A stretch of 63,069 bases of DNA, counting the filler, from Octopus bimaculoides (taxonomy: Eukaryota): NCBI RefSeq assembly GCF_001194135.2. It is 6 parts of 6 records of this genome, joined end to end, with 100 filler letters (N's around TTAATTAATTAA, not from the genome) between each part and the next. Parts side by side here need not be neighbours in the genome. Positions count along the whole stretch, not along the records: positions 61,399 to 63,069 come from NW_026419715.1; 5 more parts are not named here. The stretch is one strand, 5' to 3'. The notes beneath the pieces are model-generated. The model was not told the DNA's origin. It made no database searches and saw only the letters and a list, made by a program, of their open reading frames with translations. Position 1 is the first letter of the stretch; every line of letters starts with the position of its first letter. Made by a program: the position numbers and the translations under genes. Below are positions 62,380 to 63,069 of this stretch, one piece after another.

Positions 62380-62515
62380 CGCCCCTTATATAGCTTATAG
62401 ACAGTTCTATCCTTGTTTACAGATAACACCTTCCTTCATAAATGTCTGCCAGTCCCCCTTCTCTTTCAGGAATCCCCGCGTGTAACCGCGAGACTTACTT
62501 GAGTTTGATATTCAT
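62380..62515 (-). pseudogene. Short degenerate non-LTR RT fragment
   Basis: RLHAGIPEREGGLADIYEGRCY resembles the LY.PR.EGGLG motif after the RT domain. Confidence 0.35.
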
Positions 62516-62629
62516 TGCATAACATTACTAACACATAACTCAAATTTAATAAGTGGTACAACACTAAAGAGACGATTAATAAAAAACGATTTTAAGATAC
62601 AAATCGGTAACTTAATACAATTATCACAT

Positions 62630-62762
62630 TTATTTTATCGACCCCGATAGGATGAAAAGCAAAGTCGACCTTGGCGGAATTTAAACTCAGAACGTAAAAA
62701 CAGACGACATGCTATTAAGTATTTAGTCCAGCATGATAACGACTCTGCTAGCCCACCGCCTT
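62630..62762 (-). mobile_element. SINE family A, 5' half
   Basis: TTTATCGACCCCGATAGGATGAAAAGCAAAGTCGACCTTGGCGGAATTTAAACTCAGAACG...CTGCTAGCCCACCGCCTT. Confidence 0.85.
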
Positions 62763-63069
62763 CACACACATTTCCATCAATAATAATAAAAAATGCAAAA
62801 GTATCTCCACTGCCCACCTGTTAAACCGATATATGCTTCTGGTTAAAAATAATACTGCACCAAAATTATTTAAAATGCTATTAGAGTTGTGTCTCTTCCT
62901 TACACTGTGTGAGACTATTAATTGTTCATGTACATAACGTATGGAAGTTCCCAGGTTAATATTGCTTATATATATACACATTTCCCACATTTCAAATATA
63001 TAATTACAAAGTTCATACCTCTTCTTGCCACCACCTTTTATACATACATACATACATATATATATATAT

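Noticed and set aside
1-63069. Known Hox-associated miRNAs (miR-10/miR-993-type sequences) and a homeobox exon
   Set aside because: I did not see either by eye in the sequenced portions; they could lie in gaps or outside the window.

Overview
AT-rich, microsatellite-saturated eukaryotic scaffold segment with many N gaps. The SINE families, repeat landscape and gap style suggest an octopus (coleoid cephalopod) genome; this is inference. I can support only one host coding exon, 53266-53800 (+): ATG after an in-frame stop, 178 codons, ending at a perfect AG|GTAAGT donor. It looks like the N-terminal exon of a developmental transcription factor, possibly a posterior Hox (Post-type) gene, but no homeobox lies in the window, so it is left unnamed. 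The 53 kb upstream is a gene desert containing several tRNA-derived SINE families, RTE, Penelope-like, Tx1/L1 and R4/Dong-type retroelement fragments, mariner/Tc1/Tigger/Tc2/hAT DNA-transposon remnants and short unique islands rich in homeodomain-type motifs. The presumed intron holds the two most unusual structures. One is a bulge-free ~51-bp-register hairpin at 55591-55708 with pre-miRNA-like geometry. The other is a GC/CpG-rich 51-bp satellite at 57898-61298 with higher-order structure and internal palindromes. Also notable are a nest of R4/Dong-type elements in (TAA)n arrays and degenerate hammerhead-ribozyme-like motifs. Most ORFs in the supplied track are artefacts of gaps and simple repeats. 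Boundaries of repeat fragments were read by eye and are approximate.
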